A stretch of 64,000 nucleotides of DNA, taken from NCBI RefSeq assembly GCF_009914755.1, contig NC_060928.1. One strand, 5' to 3'. Of the stretch, positions 24,592 through 44,510 are shown one piece after another. The stretch comes from the human T2T-CHM13v2.0 reference genome, Homo sapiens. Position numbers and translations under genes: made by a program. Each line of letters starts with the position of its first letter. Position 1 is the stretch's first letter. The notes below the pieces were generated by a model. That model was not told the DNA's origin and searched no databases. It was given only the letters and a program-made list of their open reading frames with translations.

Positions 24592-25610
24592 ATGAGGTAA
24601 AACCAGCACAAAAAGGCTGAAAATTCCAAAAACAAGAATGCCTCTTCTCCTCCAAAGGATCACAACTCCTTGCCAGCAAGGGAACAAAACTGGAGAGAGA
24701 ATGAGTTTGTTAAATTGACAGAAGTAGGCTTTAGAAGGTGGGTAATAAACTCCTCTGAGCTAAAGGAACATGTTCTAACCCAATGCAAGGAAACTAAGAA
24801 CCTTGTAAAAAGGTTAGATGAATTGCTAACTAGAATAACCAGCTTAGAGAAGAACATAAATGACCTGATGGACCTGAAAAACACAGCATGAGAACTTCGG
24901 GAAGCATACACATGTATCAATAGCTGAATTGATCAAGTGGAAGAAAGGATATCAGAGATTGAAGATCAACTTAAAGAAAGTGTAAAGACAAGATTAGACA
25001 AAAAAGTATGAAAAGGAATGAACAAATCATCCAAGAAATATGGGACCATGTGAAAAGACCAAACCTACATTTGATTGGTGTACCTCAAAGTGATGGGGAG
25101 AAGGGAACCAACTTGGAAAACACTCTTCAGAATATTATCCAGGAGAACTTCCCCAACCTAGCAAGACAGGCCAACATTCAAATTCAGGAAATACAGAGAA
25201 CATCACAAAGATACTCCTCAAGAAGATCAACCCCAAGACACATAATCTTCAGATTCACCAAGGTTGAAATTAAGGAAAAAATGTTAAGGACGGCCAGAGA
25301 GAAAGGTTGGGTTACCCACAAAGGGAAGCCCATCAGACTAACATCAGATCTCTCAGCATAAATCCTACAAGCCAGAAGAGAGTGGGGGCCAATATTCCAC
25401 ATTCTTAAAGAAAAGAATTTTCAACTCAGAATTTCATATCCAGCCAAACTAAGTTTCATAAGTGAAGGAGAAATAAAATCCTTTACAGACAAGCAAATGC
25501 TGAGAGATTTTGTTACCACTAGGCCTGCCTTACAAGAGCTCCTGAAGGGAGTGCTAAATATGGAAAGGAAAAAACGGTACCAGCCACTGCAAAACCATAC
25601 CAAATTGTAA
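24592..25610 (+). pseudogene. L1 ORF1p (dead; stop at codon 3 and frameshifts)
   Basis: ATG AGG TAA at 24592; fragments 24670-24891 and 25008-25361 (IWDHVKRPNLHLIGVP...KGKPIRLTSDLSA). Confidence 0.88.
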
Positions 25611-25673
25611 AGACCATGGACACTATGAAGAAACTGCATCAACTAACAAGCAAAATAACCAGCTAGCATCATA

Positions 25674-29471
<3,798 letters not shown>

Positions 29472-30006
29472 ACAATGAGAACACATGGACACAGGTAGGG
29501 GAACATCACTCATGGGGCCTGTCGGGGGGTGGGGGGTCTAGGGGAGGGATAGCATTAGGAGGAATACCTAATGTAGATGACGGGTTGATGGGTGCAACAA
29601 ACCACCATGGCACATGTATACCCATGTAACAAACCTGCATGTTCTGCACATGTATCCCAGAACTTAAAGTATAATAAAAAATTCAAAACAAAAATTAGAG
29701 ACAATACAGAGCAAGTTAAATATTTCAGACACTACAATGAGTGCGCTCATTGCTAGGAGGCAGGGAAGTTAAGAAATCTTTTTGCATCCCATTTTACAGA
29801 TTAGAATTAAGTCTCTAAAAAGCGAAACCCCACAGAATATTCTTGGCATGGTCAAAAGAAAGACCCCAGCCCTCTGACTACCAGCTATGCCATCTTAGGC
29901 AAGTCTCTTAACCTCTCTGTACCTCAGCTTTCCAATCTGTAAAATGAGTGTGATAAGAGTACTACCTCATAAAAACTAAAAGAGTGGATACATACATCCA
30001 AAAGTA

Positions 30007-30120
30007 GGTGGGGCACAGTGGCTCACATCTGTAATCCTAACACTTTGGGGAGCTGAGGCAGGAGGATCACTTGGGGCCAGGAGTTTGAGTCCAGCCTGGA
30101 AAATAAAGCAACACTCCATC

Positions 30121-30151
<31 letters not shown>

Positions 30152-30300
30152 CAGACAAGTTTGTGTTTGTAGTCCCAGCTACTTGAGAGGCTAAGGCAGG
30201 AGGATCACTCCAGGAATTGGAGGCTACAGTGAGCTATGATCATGCCACTGCACTCCTGCCTGGGTAACCAAGTGAGACCCTGTCTCAAAAAACAAAAACA
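30007..30300 (+). mobile_element. AluJ with expanded central poly(A)
   Basis: GGAGGATCACTTGGGGCCAGGAGTTTGAG and GTGAGCTATGATCATGCC (J-type); about 27 A at 30125-30151. Confidence 0.88.
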
Positions 30301-32206
30301 GCACGTGGCACACAGTGAGACTAAATAGTTGTTTGCTACTCTTCTTGTTAATGTGTCCGAAAAGGTCTCATCCAACTTAACTCGATTTGGGGAATGAAAG
30401 CATGAAGGGGAAGTTTGAATTACTACTTAGATGGAATTAGGAAAAAAAATTCCCCTGTGGTACAGAATTGCACAATTGAGTGAGTCTGAGAGTAGAAAGA
30501 GGTTAACGGGGAAAGACTGGAGTGTGGTTGCAGAGAGGTTGAGGACAAAAACTTTGTCTCCCAAGATCAACCATGGCAGGCACTAATACTTCCAAGTGAC
30601 ACTATCACCGTTTGTCACAATGTTGGCCAAGCTGCAACTGAAATTCCTGGGGTGCCATTTCCATAGAGGGTAAATGAATATATTGAGCAAGATGCAATAT
30701 GAGGTCTCCTTCTTATCTGAATTCTGTGTGACTTTATGAGACTTGACTGAGGCCACACAGCGGATTAGTGATAGAACCAGGGTTGAAACTCATGTTTCCT
30801 GACTCTTGGTCTCCTTTTCACATCTTCCCCATTCTTGCTCCTATTACACAACTGTTTTTCGTTTCTACTGGGTCACTCTTTGCTCTTTTTAAAATTGAAT
30901 TTTATTAGATTGGATAATTGTTTTAGGCTAGTTCAAAAAAACCTACGCATTCAATTTCAGTCATTTACCTCATCAGTATTTGAGAGGCAACAGGCACTGA
31001 ATTAAGAGTTAGACCTAGTTCAAATTCTAGTTCTGTCATTTAAGAGCCAAGTGACCTTGGGCCAGCCACTTACCTTGCGAATCCTGTTTCTTCATCTAGA
31101 AAATGGAATAAATAATACCTACTTCTGGGATTTGGAGGACTCAGATACCATTGCTAGTGGACCTGACACTCTGCATCTTTTCCCTTGTGCTAGTTAATAC
31201 TCTTAGTTATAAGTAATAAAACTTTCTTAGCTTAAAGAGGGAATTTTATTTGTGTCATGTAACTTGAGGGTGGAAGGCAAAAGGTGCATGGTACAAGTGG
31301 AAAGAAGGCACTGTCAGATGGCTCCTGTGTGAGGTCAGTTGGAGGTCAAGCAGAACCAGAACCAAGCAAACAGGTGAGATTGAGAGGCTCTGAAGTGGTG
31401 CTTAAGAGGGGTGTGATCCAGGTGGTTCCCCAGAGAGAGAGATGTTGTATAAACAACATGTGTTCACTCTTTCCTTATTGCAGACAGGCATCATGAGCAC
31501 TGAGCTGACTTGCGTCACAGGCAGCTTATTGTTAATATTTATATTAGACTAGGCGCACAGTATCCAAATTAATCCCAGTTCACTAAAGTAATGTATATTC
31601 CCAATATTCTGCTATACCACATCGATGGTCATCATCCTAGACTTCTTCTTGACTAGATATAGGCTGCTTCACTCATCTCCAACCGTTTTTCCCTTGTTCA
31701 GTCTTTTCTGTGTTTCTTCATTGATATGGAGTTCCATTTTGGTGATATAAACTATTTGATCTTGCCTCCAAAGTTTCATTGGCATAGAAAATGTAATTCC
31801 TCAGAGTTTTCACACATATATTTTTCACATATAGTTTTCACAGCTATATTTACACATAAACCTTTCAGTAAGTAAATATTAATAAATGCTCAAAAACACA
31901 TCCCATCATTTGATTGAAGCACATAAAAGTAGTTATAAAAGATGTATTGTTTCTGAGCACCTATTTACTTAAAGCTCAGGGTAGAAGTCGCATGTTCCAT
32001 TTAAGACCTGCATGGTAGCCAAACCTCAGGCAACACACTTGAACCTAGCTCCACCCGCTGTCTGCTTCTGACTCACTTTACTCTTCCCTTTATTCTTAGA
32101 ACAATTAAAAAAAATTCTCGCCCGGTCTTGCACTGGGAAGCTATGCTTGCACTTGAGCCTTCTTCAAATCTGTTTCTATCCCAAGTGGCTTATCAAAAAA
32201 ACTTCT

Positions 32207-32511
<305 letters not shown>

Positions 32512-34118
32512 AAAAAAACTTCTGAACCAAATAAAGTGCTCTTGATGAAAGATTCCACGTAAGTTGTTCCACTTCATTCCAAAGCACTTTCAAATTAATA
32601 GAAAAATATAAAGTGTAAAGCTTTATCTTCCAGGTATTGAATATTAATATGTTATTACTAGATAACAATCTAAAATTTTAGGGCTTGATAAGAGGTGTAG
32701 GAAGACTTTTTGGGGGTCTCTCAAAATCACACCACTAAGTAAATTGTGCCTTGATGTAATTACTATTGGTCCAGAAGTTCCCCTTTATTGGTCTTTTCCT
32801 CAATGCAATGACTTAGCTTTTATCCTGAGTTTCAGATGATGACACTGTTAGAAAGTAAAATATATCTAATACTGAAGAGGTATAATGGTGACTCACAACT
32901 CTTTTAGGGTTTCATAGTTCCACCACGGCCAGGATTGAAAATTGGGGAATTTGATGTAATAGGGATGTGTGGTTTAAGCAACGTTAGCTTCTCCTCTACT
33001 TCTTCCAACCTCCAATGTCTCTGCTTCCTCCAAGATTTTGAAGGCATTATGCCCATGTGTTTGAAGGCACCCAGCCCATTTTTTTCTGCCATCTTTCCCC
33101 ATTAAGGTGTAGGGAGCAAACCTGACTCACCTATATTGAGGCAGCTGAGAGCACATCCATGGGGGTTGAGAAAGACAGCAAATCACACTCAGGTATAACT
33201 CAGAGTTTCCTCAGCACACTCATAATTTCATCTGAAATCAACAACCTTGGAAATCATATCCAAGTATTACTGAGCTCCTACTTAAAGAACCATAGGGAAG
33301 CCATAAATTAATAAAACACAGTCCCTATTCATAAGTTGATTATCATCTCGCTGGGATGTAACTAGAATGCCAGGCAAAATGTAGTAAGAACTGTGACAGT
33401 AGGATCGAGAGAAGGGTGGACAGGGGGAAACCTGCTGTGCTTTAAAGATTATGTAATGTCCATACTTGCAAATATAAGGGAGAAAGACATTTCAAATAGA
33501 GGAAAGAACTTGAGGAAAAGCTTGGAGACATGAAAGTGTGTTATGTAGAGATAAAGCGCAGAGAGGAGAAAAGCCTGGGATAGAACGGCAACTCTCACAT
33601 GTAACATGTGTATTGTAGAGCCACAAAATAGGCTTGGTCCCTGTTCATTTCTTCCCTGCACCTATTACAATTGGTAACTACATACTTATTTATTTATTTA
33701 TTACCTAATTCTGTAGAAGTTTATGGATTTCTAACATAATTTAAGTATGTTCTTATGGAAATACATACATACATACACACATAAACAAACTGTGTGCTGT
33801 TGCCATCCCAGCCATCTGCTGTTCACATTGTCATTTCTAGTAAGTATTCTTACATTCAGTATCATAGGAGACAGGTATTTTAACTGTCATTACTAAATTT
33901 TAGTTGCACATCATCTTTCCAATTTTTCTATTTTAATACTCGAAATGATTGTCTTGAATATCATTGTTCCTGGTGAATCACTTCCCTCCAGCTCCCATCT
34001 TACACCTCTCAGAGCTTTTCAGCCAGTGAGCAGATGACCGCTTTTCATTGATTTCACTTGTGCCAGGAGAACATGGAGTCCACTCTTAACTTTGTTCATA
34101 AGAAAGGGGAAGTTGTAC

Positions 34119-34419
34119 TTTTTTTTTTTTTTTTTTGAGACAGAGTCTTACTCTGTCACCCAAGCTAGAGTACAGTAGCACTATCCCTGCTAACTGCAAC
34201 CTCCAATTCCCAGGTTCAAGTGATTCTCGTGCCTCAGCCATCCAAGTAGCTGGGATTACAAGTGTGCGCCACCATGCCTAGCAAATTTTTTGTATTTTTA
34301 GTAGAGAAGGGGTTTCGCCATATTGGCCAAGCTGGCCTCAAACTTCTGACTTCAGGTGATCCCCCCAACTTGGCCTCCCAAAGTGCTGGGATTACAGGTA
34401 TGAGCCACCACGCCCAGCC
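34119..34419 (-). mobile_element. AluS
   Basis: Poly(T) followed by an antisense Alu dimer ending CACGCCCAGCC. Confidence 0.92.
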
Positions 34420-35040
34420 AAGGTTGTGTTTTTGCTGTGAATTCCTTAGAAGTGAAGTGGCAGAGCAGGAATGATTCAATCCAGGACCATATGAGGCATT
34501 TAGAAATTTAGTTAAAAAGAAATTTCTTTCAAGTTCTTTTTAAAATTTCAAAAGATTTTTTTTTTTTTTTTTGTCCTCAGAGGTGTCTGACTCTGATTTA
34601 GTGACTGTACAATGACATTGCATTTGGGCTTTTCTGCCTTGATTTAAACCTCTAAAATTGGAGTCTTTTGTCCCTGCCTCTTTATCTGTGAAATGAGGAC
34701 TATAATGCTGACCTCATGGAAAAATGGTTTAATGACTTGACTGAAATAGTGGCACAGAGAAAACATTTTGTACTCTGTCTCTTGAACTGAAGAAATATAC
34801 TAACCATAGTAAAAATAGGAAATTCTCTAAAAGACCACTTTCCTAAGAAAATGTAGAATTATCACCTCAGATACCTGTTATTCATCTGTCCTGAATTATT
34901 TTGAACTGCTCAGTATTTGGAAAATCGTATCATCATTGAATAACATATGCACATTGAATAAATGTGTGATTAATTATGTAATATATTGTAAACAACATTT
35001 TTGTATTGCTTCTAAGTGTTCAGTTAAGAGTAAGGTTCTT

Positions 35041-35274
35041 CATCACACACTGGGGCCTGTTGAGGGGCGGGAGGGTGGAGGGCTGGGGGAGGGATAGCAT
35101 TAGGAGAAATACCTAATGTAAATGATGAGTTGATGGGTGCAGCAAACAAACATGACACATGTTTACCTATGTAACAAACCTGCACGTTGTGCACATGTAC
35201 CCTAGAACTTAAAGTATAATAAAATAAATAATAAAATATAAAATAAATAATAAAAATAAATAAATTTTTTAAAA
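35041..35274 (+). mobile_element. Severely 5'-truncated L1PA5/6-like 3' end
   Basis: 3' UTR only plus A-rich tail; TSD AAGAGTAAGGTTCTT (35026-35040) and AAGAATAAAGTTCTT (35275-35289). Confidence 0.88.
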
Positions 35275-35370
35275 AAGAATAAAGTTCTTTAAGGAAAGTA
35301 CTGATTATGCCTACCCGTGTGTAGCTTTTCAAAGTTGGGTAGAGGTTTGCAAGATCTGAAAGCGTCCACT

Positions 35371-35676
35371 TTTTTTTTTTTTTTTTTTTTTGGAGATGGA
35401 GTCTCGCTCTGTCGCCCAGGCTGGAGTGCAATGGCCCCTGATCTCGGCTCACTGAAAGCTCCTCCTCCCGGGTTCACACCATTCTCCTGCCTCAGCTTCC
35501 CAAGTAGCTGGGACTACAGGGGCCTGCCGCCATGCCCGGCTAATTTTTTTGTATTTTTAGTAGAGACGGGGTTTCACCGTGTTAGCCAGGATGGTCTCAA
35601 TCCCCTGACCTTGTGATCCGCCTGCCTGGGCCTCCCAAAGTGCTGGGATTACAGGCGTGAGCCACCGCGCTGGGCC
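35371..35676 (-). mobile_element. AluY
   Basis: GGGTTCACACCATTCTCC and CACCGTGTTAGCCAGGATGG (Y-type); TSD GAAAGC(G/A)TCCACTTTT starting at 35358 and 35677. Confidence 0.93.
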
Positions 35677-36953
35677 GAAAGCATCCACTTTTAAGAGAAA
35701 GAATGAACAAATATGTTGTATCATGAAAACATTTTCTACAATGTTAAGTAAGACAGAGGGTAGTTACTCAGTGCCAAGAAAGTCTGTTATTTCCAGATTT
35801 GAGCAGCAAATAGCCCAGGCAGTCTGAAGGAAATACAGATGAAGAATTCAGGCTAGTGGGCCCCTCTAGCTAAGAGGATAAAGAAGCCACATCCGGAAAG
35901 GTGAGTTCAGGTGGAGAGTTGACAGGCAGGGAGGCAAGTCAAAAAGATCAGCAGAGGACCAGGGATCCAGACCAGGAAACTCAGAACAAAGAGACCCAAG
36001 CCCAGACAAAGGATCTTAGTTGCTAGGAGTCAAGAGTCAGCCCAGGGTTTGGGTTAACAGGCACAGAGCCCTGCCAACTGGGTACTGAAACATCTTGTCA
36101 ACTATAGTGCCAGTTCTCCAGCTTTGCCTAAAACTTGACATCTTCCAAGTTTTTCTTGGTCAAACAGTAAACCCCTAACTGTATGTAGTATCGATATTCC
36201 AGTGAGTGCCCTTCTTCCTTACTACGGGATGTGACATAGAAAATCCTTCCAGTCTCCACTCCTGCAGCCATGGATCATGAGCACTGAATTCAGGACTAGG
36301 CAACTGGATACTCTGCCCAGGACTGTGAATCTGATGAAAGACATAAAGATGAAGAGATGTTGACAACTGAGTGTTGGCATAGTCCTGTAGCAGCAGTGGT
36401 GACCTCCTGGCCAGTCTTCTTAATACAGTATCTCATACTTCCTACGTTGTGTACCTCTACAGCTTCTTTGACTGCTGCCTGTCCTCCAACTCTCGTTCCC
36501 CACCCTCCTATAGATTCTGCAAACCACCAAGGTTATTTTAGTAAATTTCTTATTGGTTTAAGAAAGACCCTGCATCTACTGCTTACAGCCAAGAACTCCA
36601 TCTGTTATTCCTGGTAAAAGCCTATTCCAGATCTGAGTCTTGCACTGACTTTCCAGAGCCAATTAGTCCTCAGGTCTTATAGGATCTGCTCCCTAGCTTC
36701 TCATATCTGTACCTGTTCTTCCATTTCTACCACAACTGCCATATCACTTCTCACTGAAATGACTGCAAGATGACAGGAGACAAATGACACATCCATAATC
36801 TCTTCCAGACAAGCTCTTCTCTACATTGGGCTTCTGCTGAGAAGGCTGTGGAAGACAAAATTCCAAACTTTCCAGAGGCCATAATATTTGAGATCTATGA
36901 AATGCATCCTTACTCTCTTTAAAGGGCTCTTTGTAGACTAAGTAATCATCTAG

Positions 36954-37385
<432 letters not shown>

Positions 37386-37772
37386 TAGCAATTTTTTGCT
37401 GTCCGGAGAGGATAAGAATTTTTACAACCATCAAGTTCTGGCTCCTTTTTGTTTAACAATTATTCCTTCAATTTATGTCTATTGTGCTTTTTATAAGAAG
37501 GAAAAATAATCTAGGCAGCACCTTCAACACTCTTCTTAGAGATCATCTTAGCTAGATTGCCAGATTCATTAGGCACATTTTCTGCTTTCCACACAAGTAC
37601 AGATGACAGTAGTCTGTTGATACATAACAAGGATTCTCTTTCCTCCCATTTTCTTTCTTTCCTCCCATTTTCAATAACATATTTTTCACTTCCTTTGTCT
37701 AAAAATTGTGGTGAAATACACATAGCATGTATCATCTTAATCATTTTTAAGTGAACAATTCATTGGTATTAA

Positions 37773-38070
<298 letters not shown>

Positions 38071-39021
38071 CAATACATTCTTAATGTTGTGCAACCATCA
38101 TCACATCCATCTCCATAACACTTTTCATCTTGTAAAACTGGAACTCTGTATCAGTTTATAAAGAATAACTCCTCACTGCCCCCATCCCCAACCCATGGTA
38201 TCCATTATGCTACTTTCCATCTCTAATTTTGACTATTCTGAGTACCTCATATAAATGGAATCATACCATATTTGTCTTTTTGTGACCAGCTTATTTCACT
38301 TAGCATTATGTCTTCAAGGTTTATCCATGTTTTAGCATATGTCAAAATTTCCTTTCTTTTTATGGCTGAATAACATTTCATTTTTGCATAAGTTTTGCGT
38401 ATCTATTCATCTCTTGATGGACACTGGGTTGCTTCCATGTTTTAGCTATTGTGAATAATGCTGCTATGAATGGGGGTGTACAGATATTTCTTCAAGACCC
38501 CGCTTTTAGTTATTTTGCATATAAACCCAGTCTCACTTCCTTTTGAGCTCTCAGAGGCAGCATTTTCAAGGTCTAGAATTGTATTAACAGTTTTTTGAGG
38601 CAATTTAGGCTTTCTTTATCATGCTCCTTAAATTTTTTACAGCCTTGTTCTATGTCCTAAAGGAGCTCCAACATTTTTAGGTATTTTTAACAATAGCACC
38701 CAACTACTGGCACCAAAATATGTATTGGTTATATGTTACTGCATAACAAATTATTCAAAATGTAGTCAATTAAAATAACAAACATGTCACAGTTTCTGTG
38801 GAGCAGAAATCCACATGTGACTTAGCTGGATCGTCTAGCTTAGGGGTTCTCACAAGCTCTAATCAAGGTGTCAGAAGGGGCTGCAATCATCTCAGTGCTT
38901 GAAAGGGAAAAGTCCTCTTTCAAGCTCACTTTTATGATTGTTGGCAGGATTCCATTACTTGCAGGCTGTTGGACTGGAGGCACAGACTGGAGTTCAGAGA
39001 ACTCCCATAGTTTCTTGCCAT

Positions 39022-39652
39022 TGATACAGGAGATAGAAAGTATTCAGGCAGATAGTAAGGGCAACAGAGTCATCGGCAAAATTTCTCTTGTAATAAAAAG
39101 CAGCCCCCAAATCATTTCTTTTCTAACAAAGATCAGCCTGAAAAATTCAGCAGCAAACATAGATAAGCAAGTTGGAAGCTTTCATGGGCGAATGCCAACA
39201 GCTGTGTCAATAGAAAAGGGCTACCTGGGAGCCAGGCATGTTCAACGTGAAGGCTCCATCTTCCCTTTTCTTTGTCACCACGTGTACAGTAAAGAGGCAG
39301 GCAACATGGCGCCTGCCAGGTAGAGAACCCATTTGCCTAATAAAAAAATAGGGTGGAGCCACCTGCATTTTTGAACATTATGCAAATTGCACACCTGGTC
39401 CGACCAATCTCTCATGCACTATGTAAATCAAACACTGCCTCCTCAAGCTCATCCATAAAATCGTCTGCATTTCACTGGGGAAGTGGCAACCCATTTCTCT
39501 GGGACCCCTCTCTGTAGCAAAAGAGCTTTTCTTTTTCTTTTGCCTATTAAACCTTGGCTCTTAACCTCACTCCGGTGTGTCCACATCCTAGTTTTTCCAT
39601 CGCTGTGAGACAACGAATCTTGGATATTTACCCAGACAACAACGCCACTTCA
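39022..39652 (+). mobile_element. Solo ERV1 LTR (MER61/LTR27 group)
   Basis: TG...CA termini; 4-bp TSD CCAT (39018-39021 and 39653-39656); CCAAT, CATAAAA box and ATTAAA poly(A) signal. Confidence 0.8.
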
Positions 39653-40116
39653 CCATGGCAAGGAACCCTCTCCAAGGGGCCCTCTTCATGGCAGCTCACA
39701 ATATGGCAGCTTGCTTTATCAGAGAGCAAGCAAAAAGAGAGAGTACAAGCAAGATGGAAGTCGCCATTTTTTATAACCCAATCTCAGAAGTGACATCCTA
39801 TCATTTTTTCCATAAGCTATTAATTATAAGCAAGTGTTAGGTCCAGCTCACACTAAGGAAACAGGATTAGACAAAGGTGTGAATACAAAGAGGCAGGAAT
39901 CACTGGGTCCCATTTTAGAAGCTGCTTACACCAGCAAGTAATCACTAGAGTTTCATGAAGATGCATGAGTGTGCATCTATTCTTTTCAAGTTAATATTTA
40001 TTCAAAGCTTAACAACGTGCCACTCTATTCTAGGTGCTTCGCATACATTAACCCATTTGATTTCCATAACAATGCAAAGAGGAAAGTACTATTATCACCC
40101 CTATTTTACATATGAG

Positions 40117-40149
40117 TGAGATTACAGGCGTGAGCCACTGCGCTGGGCC
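40117..40149 (-). mobile_element. Isolated 33-bp Alu 5'-end fragment inside a MIR (about 39990-40170)
   Basis: TGAGATTACAGGCGTGAGCCACTGCGCTGGGCC with no further Alu body or tail. Confidence 0.85.
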
Positions 40150-41039
40150 TACAGCCTGAACTCTTAATTATCCAAATATATACCTTCTTATAAAAAGATA
40201 GGATACTAGAAAGTGTGGTGGCATCTGGACATTGTGGAGAGCCCATTAAGTAAAAAATTTTATAGCAACTTTCTTCCTTCTGAACTTTTCATGATGATAT
40301 TATAAAAGAGGATAAACATCTCTATTCTAACTTTAAATTTTCATAGACATTCTTTTTCATGGGAAAAGTTATGACTGAAGAGATTTGAGACACTTGACCT
40401 GACTCCCTAGACTGTATGGTGCTTTTTTCATATTATATCATAAATATTTTCTCATATCATTCATCATTCTTTAAAAATAAAATTGATGTCTGTACTTCTT
40501 GAGCACTAATTCAATACTCACATCACATTGCTTCATTGACTGAGGTACTTTAAAAGCTAATTATTTTTATTTTTTCAAGATCAGAAGGCCACAGAGACAT
40601 TCTGAGTGCTTGAAACATCTGGGTTATATCCACTAAAGTAGCAGTGTGTTGCTACATGGAACTGGAAATTCTGGAATAAAAATAAGATTTTAAAGCACAC
40701 TGTCAGGCAATATGGCAGCTAGACACTCTTCTTTCCCACTTCCTTTGAATTCCCCATTGAAATGGAAGAAGGACTTACTATAAAATTAGAGGAACATAGC
40801 AAAAGCTCTGGAACTACTGTTCACATATGAATCTTTGAGGAATTTTTATTAGATACAATAAGATTAAAATGGATTTTTATAGCATTGATTATCTTTTTAA
40901 AATAATTATGCAATAACATTGAAAGTTTACCAGAAAAATACTTACTACCAGAATAATCTTTTAAAGATTTACCATTTTTTTTGGCACAGATTCAGTTTAT
41001 TTTTTATTTTTGACTACTATTTAATTGAATGTATAAACT

Positions 41040-42890
41040 ACAATTTGTTTAGTCACTCTGTAGATAGACATGTGTTTCTAGTTCTTGGCTATTAGAAATA
41101 ATGCCGCTATGAACATTAGTATACAAATCATTTTGTGGACATAGTTTTTATTGCTGCTGGATTAATGGAAACCTAGGAATGGATTCCTAGGTGATACGGT
41201 AAATGTATACTCAACTTTATAGGACACTGCCAAATTGTTTTTTCAAAGTTTTTATACCATTTACATTTCAACCAGGCATATTTTGAGAGTTCCAATTGTT
41301 CCACATGCCAACCCCCTGCCCTCACACTCCTTGCTTTATCAGTCCTCTTAGTTTTAGCCATTCGAGTGAGTTTGAAATAGTATCCCAATGTGGTTTTAAC
41401 TTGCATTTCTCTGACAAATAATACTAAGTGGTTTTTTTTCACATGAAAATTGGCTATTGTACCTCTTTTTTTTGTGAAGTGTCTTTTTTTGAGAAATTTC
41501 TAAATAATGTAAAGACATCAGTACACTTTCTACTAAATACTTCAGCATGCATAAAATTGAGTTCACTATTTTTTAACTTTTTTTGTTTGTTTTGGGTATT
41601 GATAGATGATTGATATGTGGTAAGGCAAGTATAGTAAAATATTAATAGTAGCATCTACATGGTGAGTATACACATATATATTCACAGAAAATTTATTTAA
41701 CTTCTTAGATGTCCAGAGAGAGACAGTCACTGCTTATGTAGCAGCTTAATGTTAATCAAAGATTCAGGCTCCTTCCAGCTGTTTCTTTGCCATTTCTAAG
41801 CTGTTGCCCTCATTCTCATATTCAAATATAGGGACAAATCTGCAGCCAATATATCCATGTTCCCAACATGAGGAAGGACAAAGTGGAAAAAAGCATTTGA
41901 ACACTTTCTGGTGACTTACCAGAAATTCCATACAACATTTGCGCATATATATATATATATATATCATAGGCCAGATTTTAGTCATTTCATCATAACTAGC
42001 TACAAATGAACGTTTTAGGTAAGTGGCTAGGTGATCAACTAAAAGTTGGGGCTCTATTGAGAAGGAAAGGTGAATGTATATGGGAGGCACTTAGCACTCT
42101 CCTCGATGGTACACAACACTGTGCCACTTTTGGAAAAGTGTCTAACCCATCATATCATTTCAATCAGAAATACTTCAATATATGCCACCAACAAATAAGG
42201 GTATCTTTAACATAACCACAAGACCCAACAAATCACACCAAATGAAATTAACAACTCCATAATATACATACAGGTCATGTTCAGTTTTCCTAGGTTGTCT
42301 CCTAAAATGTTTTCTTACAGCTTATTTGTAAAAATTGATAAACAACAAAAATCCAAATATTGTATTTAGTTGATAGGCCTAGGAGCACTTTCAGTGACAG
42401 AGCAGTCAACCCTCACACACTGGAGATTGCCATTCCCAGTATATTTTTTAATACATTAATCAAAATATGCTCCTATTGGAAGAGTAGACTAAGAGAGACA
42501 AAGGAGACATAACAACCAAAGTGTGGACATAGTTTAGTTCCGAGTCCCAATAGAGCAGATGTAAAAAGACGTTTTTGAGACAATTATGGAAATTTGACTA
42601 GGGTCTAAATACCAAAGATTTGTTCATTTTTTTGGGTGTGATGCTGCTGCTGGGGCATCATCCTGTAAGATGTCCCCACTGTTTAGAACTATAGAGTGAA
42701 ATAGGGTACAATGACTTGATGACTGGGATTTGTTTAAAAATACTTCAGCGAAGGAAAAATAGATGAAACAAATGTGACAAAATGTTGGTAATTGTTGAAT
42801 CTGGGTGATAACTTTTGGGAGGTTTGTTTTGGGGAGGTTTAAACCTTTTTTAAAAATGTTTAAATTTTTTTATAATGCAACTTTTGTATT
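41040..42890. mobile_element. Mosaic of old L1M fragments and an MLT1 LTR (about 41730-42160)
   Basis: Antisense L1 3' ORF2/UTR text 41060-41490 (ORF 41173-41442); L1MC-like 3' UTR 42480-42880; (TA)n at about 41946-41964. Confidence 0.55.
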
Positions 42891-42907
42891 AGAAGAAGTG
42901 CCTAACT

Positions 42908-43232
<325 letters not shown>

Positions 43233-43712
43233 TGAAACTGCCCATAAACTTTTCTTCCTGGAAAAGAAATCACATTTGTTTTTCTTTAATTTTCAATTAA
43301 TATTTTCTATGTAAAGTCAATTAGAACAAAAGGTTATTTTCCTTATTTGGGCATTACTTCTGTCTTTCCTCAGCCTATTAGAAGTAGCTTTAGAAAAAGT
43401 TTGACAACTAAACAGCCCTGTGTGGAGAGATTCTATTTATTTAACACACAAAAAGAAATGACCCCAGTAAGAACTGAATCTAGGAAAGAAGGCATCTGAG
43501 ATAATTTCCTATTCTCCATTTTCCCTAAAACAGAGTTTCACAAAATCTTGGAGGGATTAGTACCCTGAAGTTATATCGTACTCTAAAGAACCTTGTGATA
43601 TACAAATATTCCTTATTTCACTTCATTGGGTTTTTTTTTCTTCTTCTTCTTCTTCTTGGACCCTGCTTTTAGAATCTCAGCTGCTACTTAAATCTGTTGT
43701 CAAAAATGATCA

Positions 43713-44510
<798 letters not shown>

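Noticed and set aside
38868-39323. 151-aa ORF
   Set aside because: Crosses the MLT1/ERV1-LTR insertion junction with a GTG start; a chance frame.
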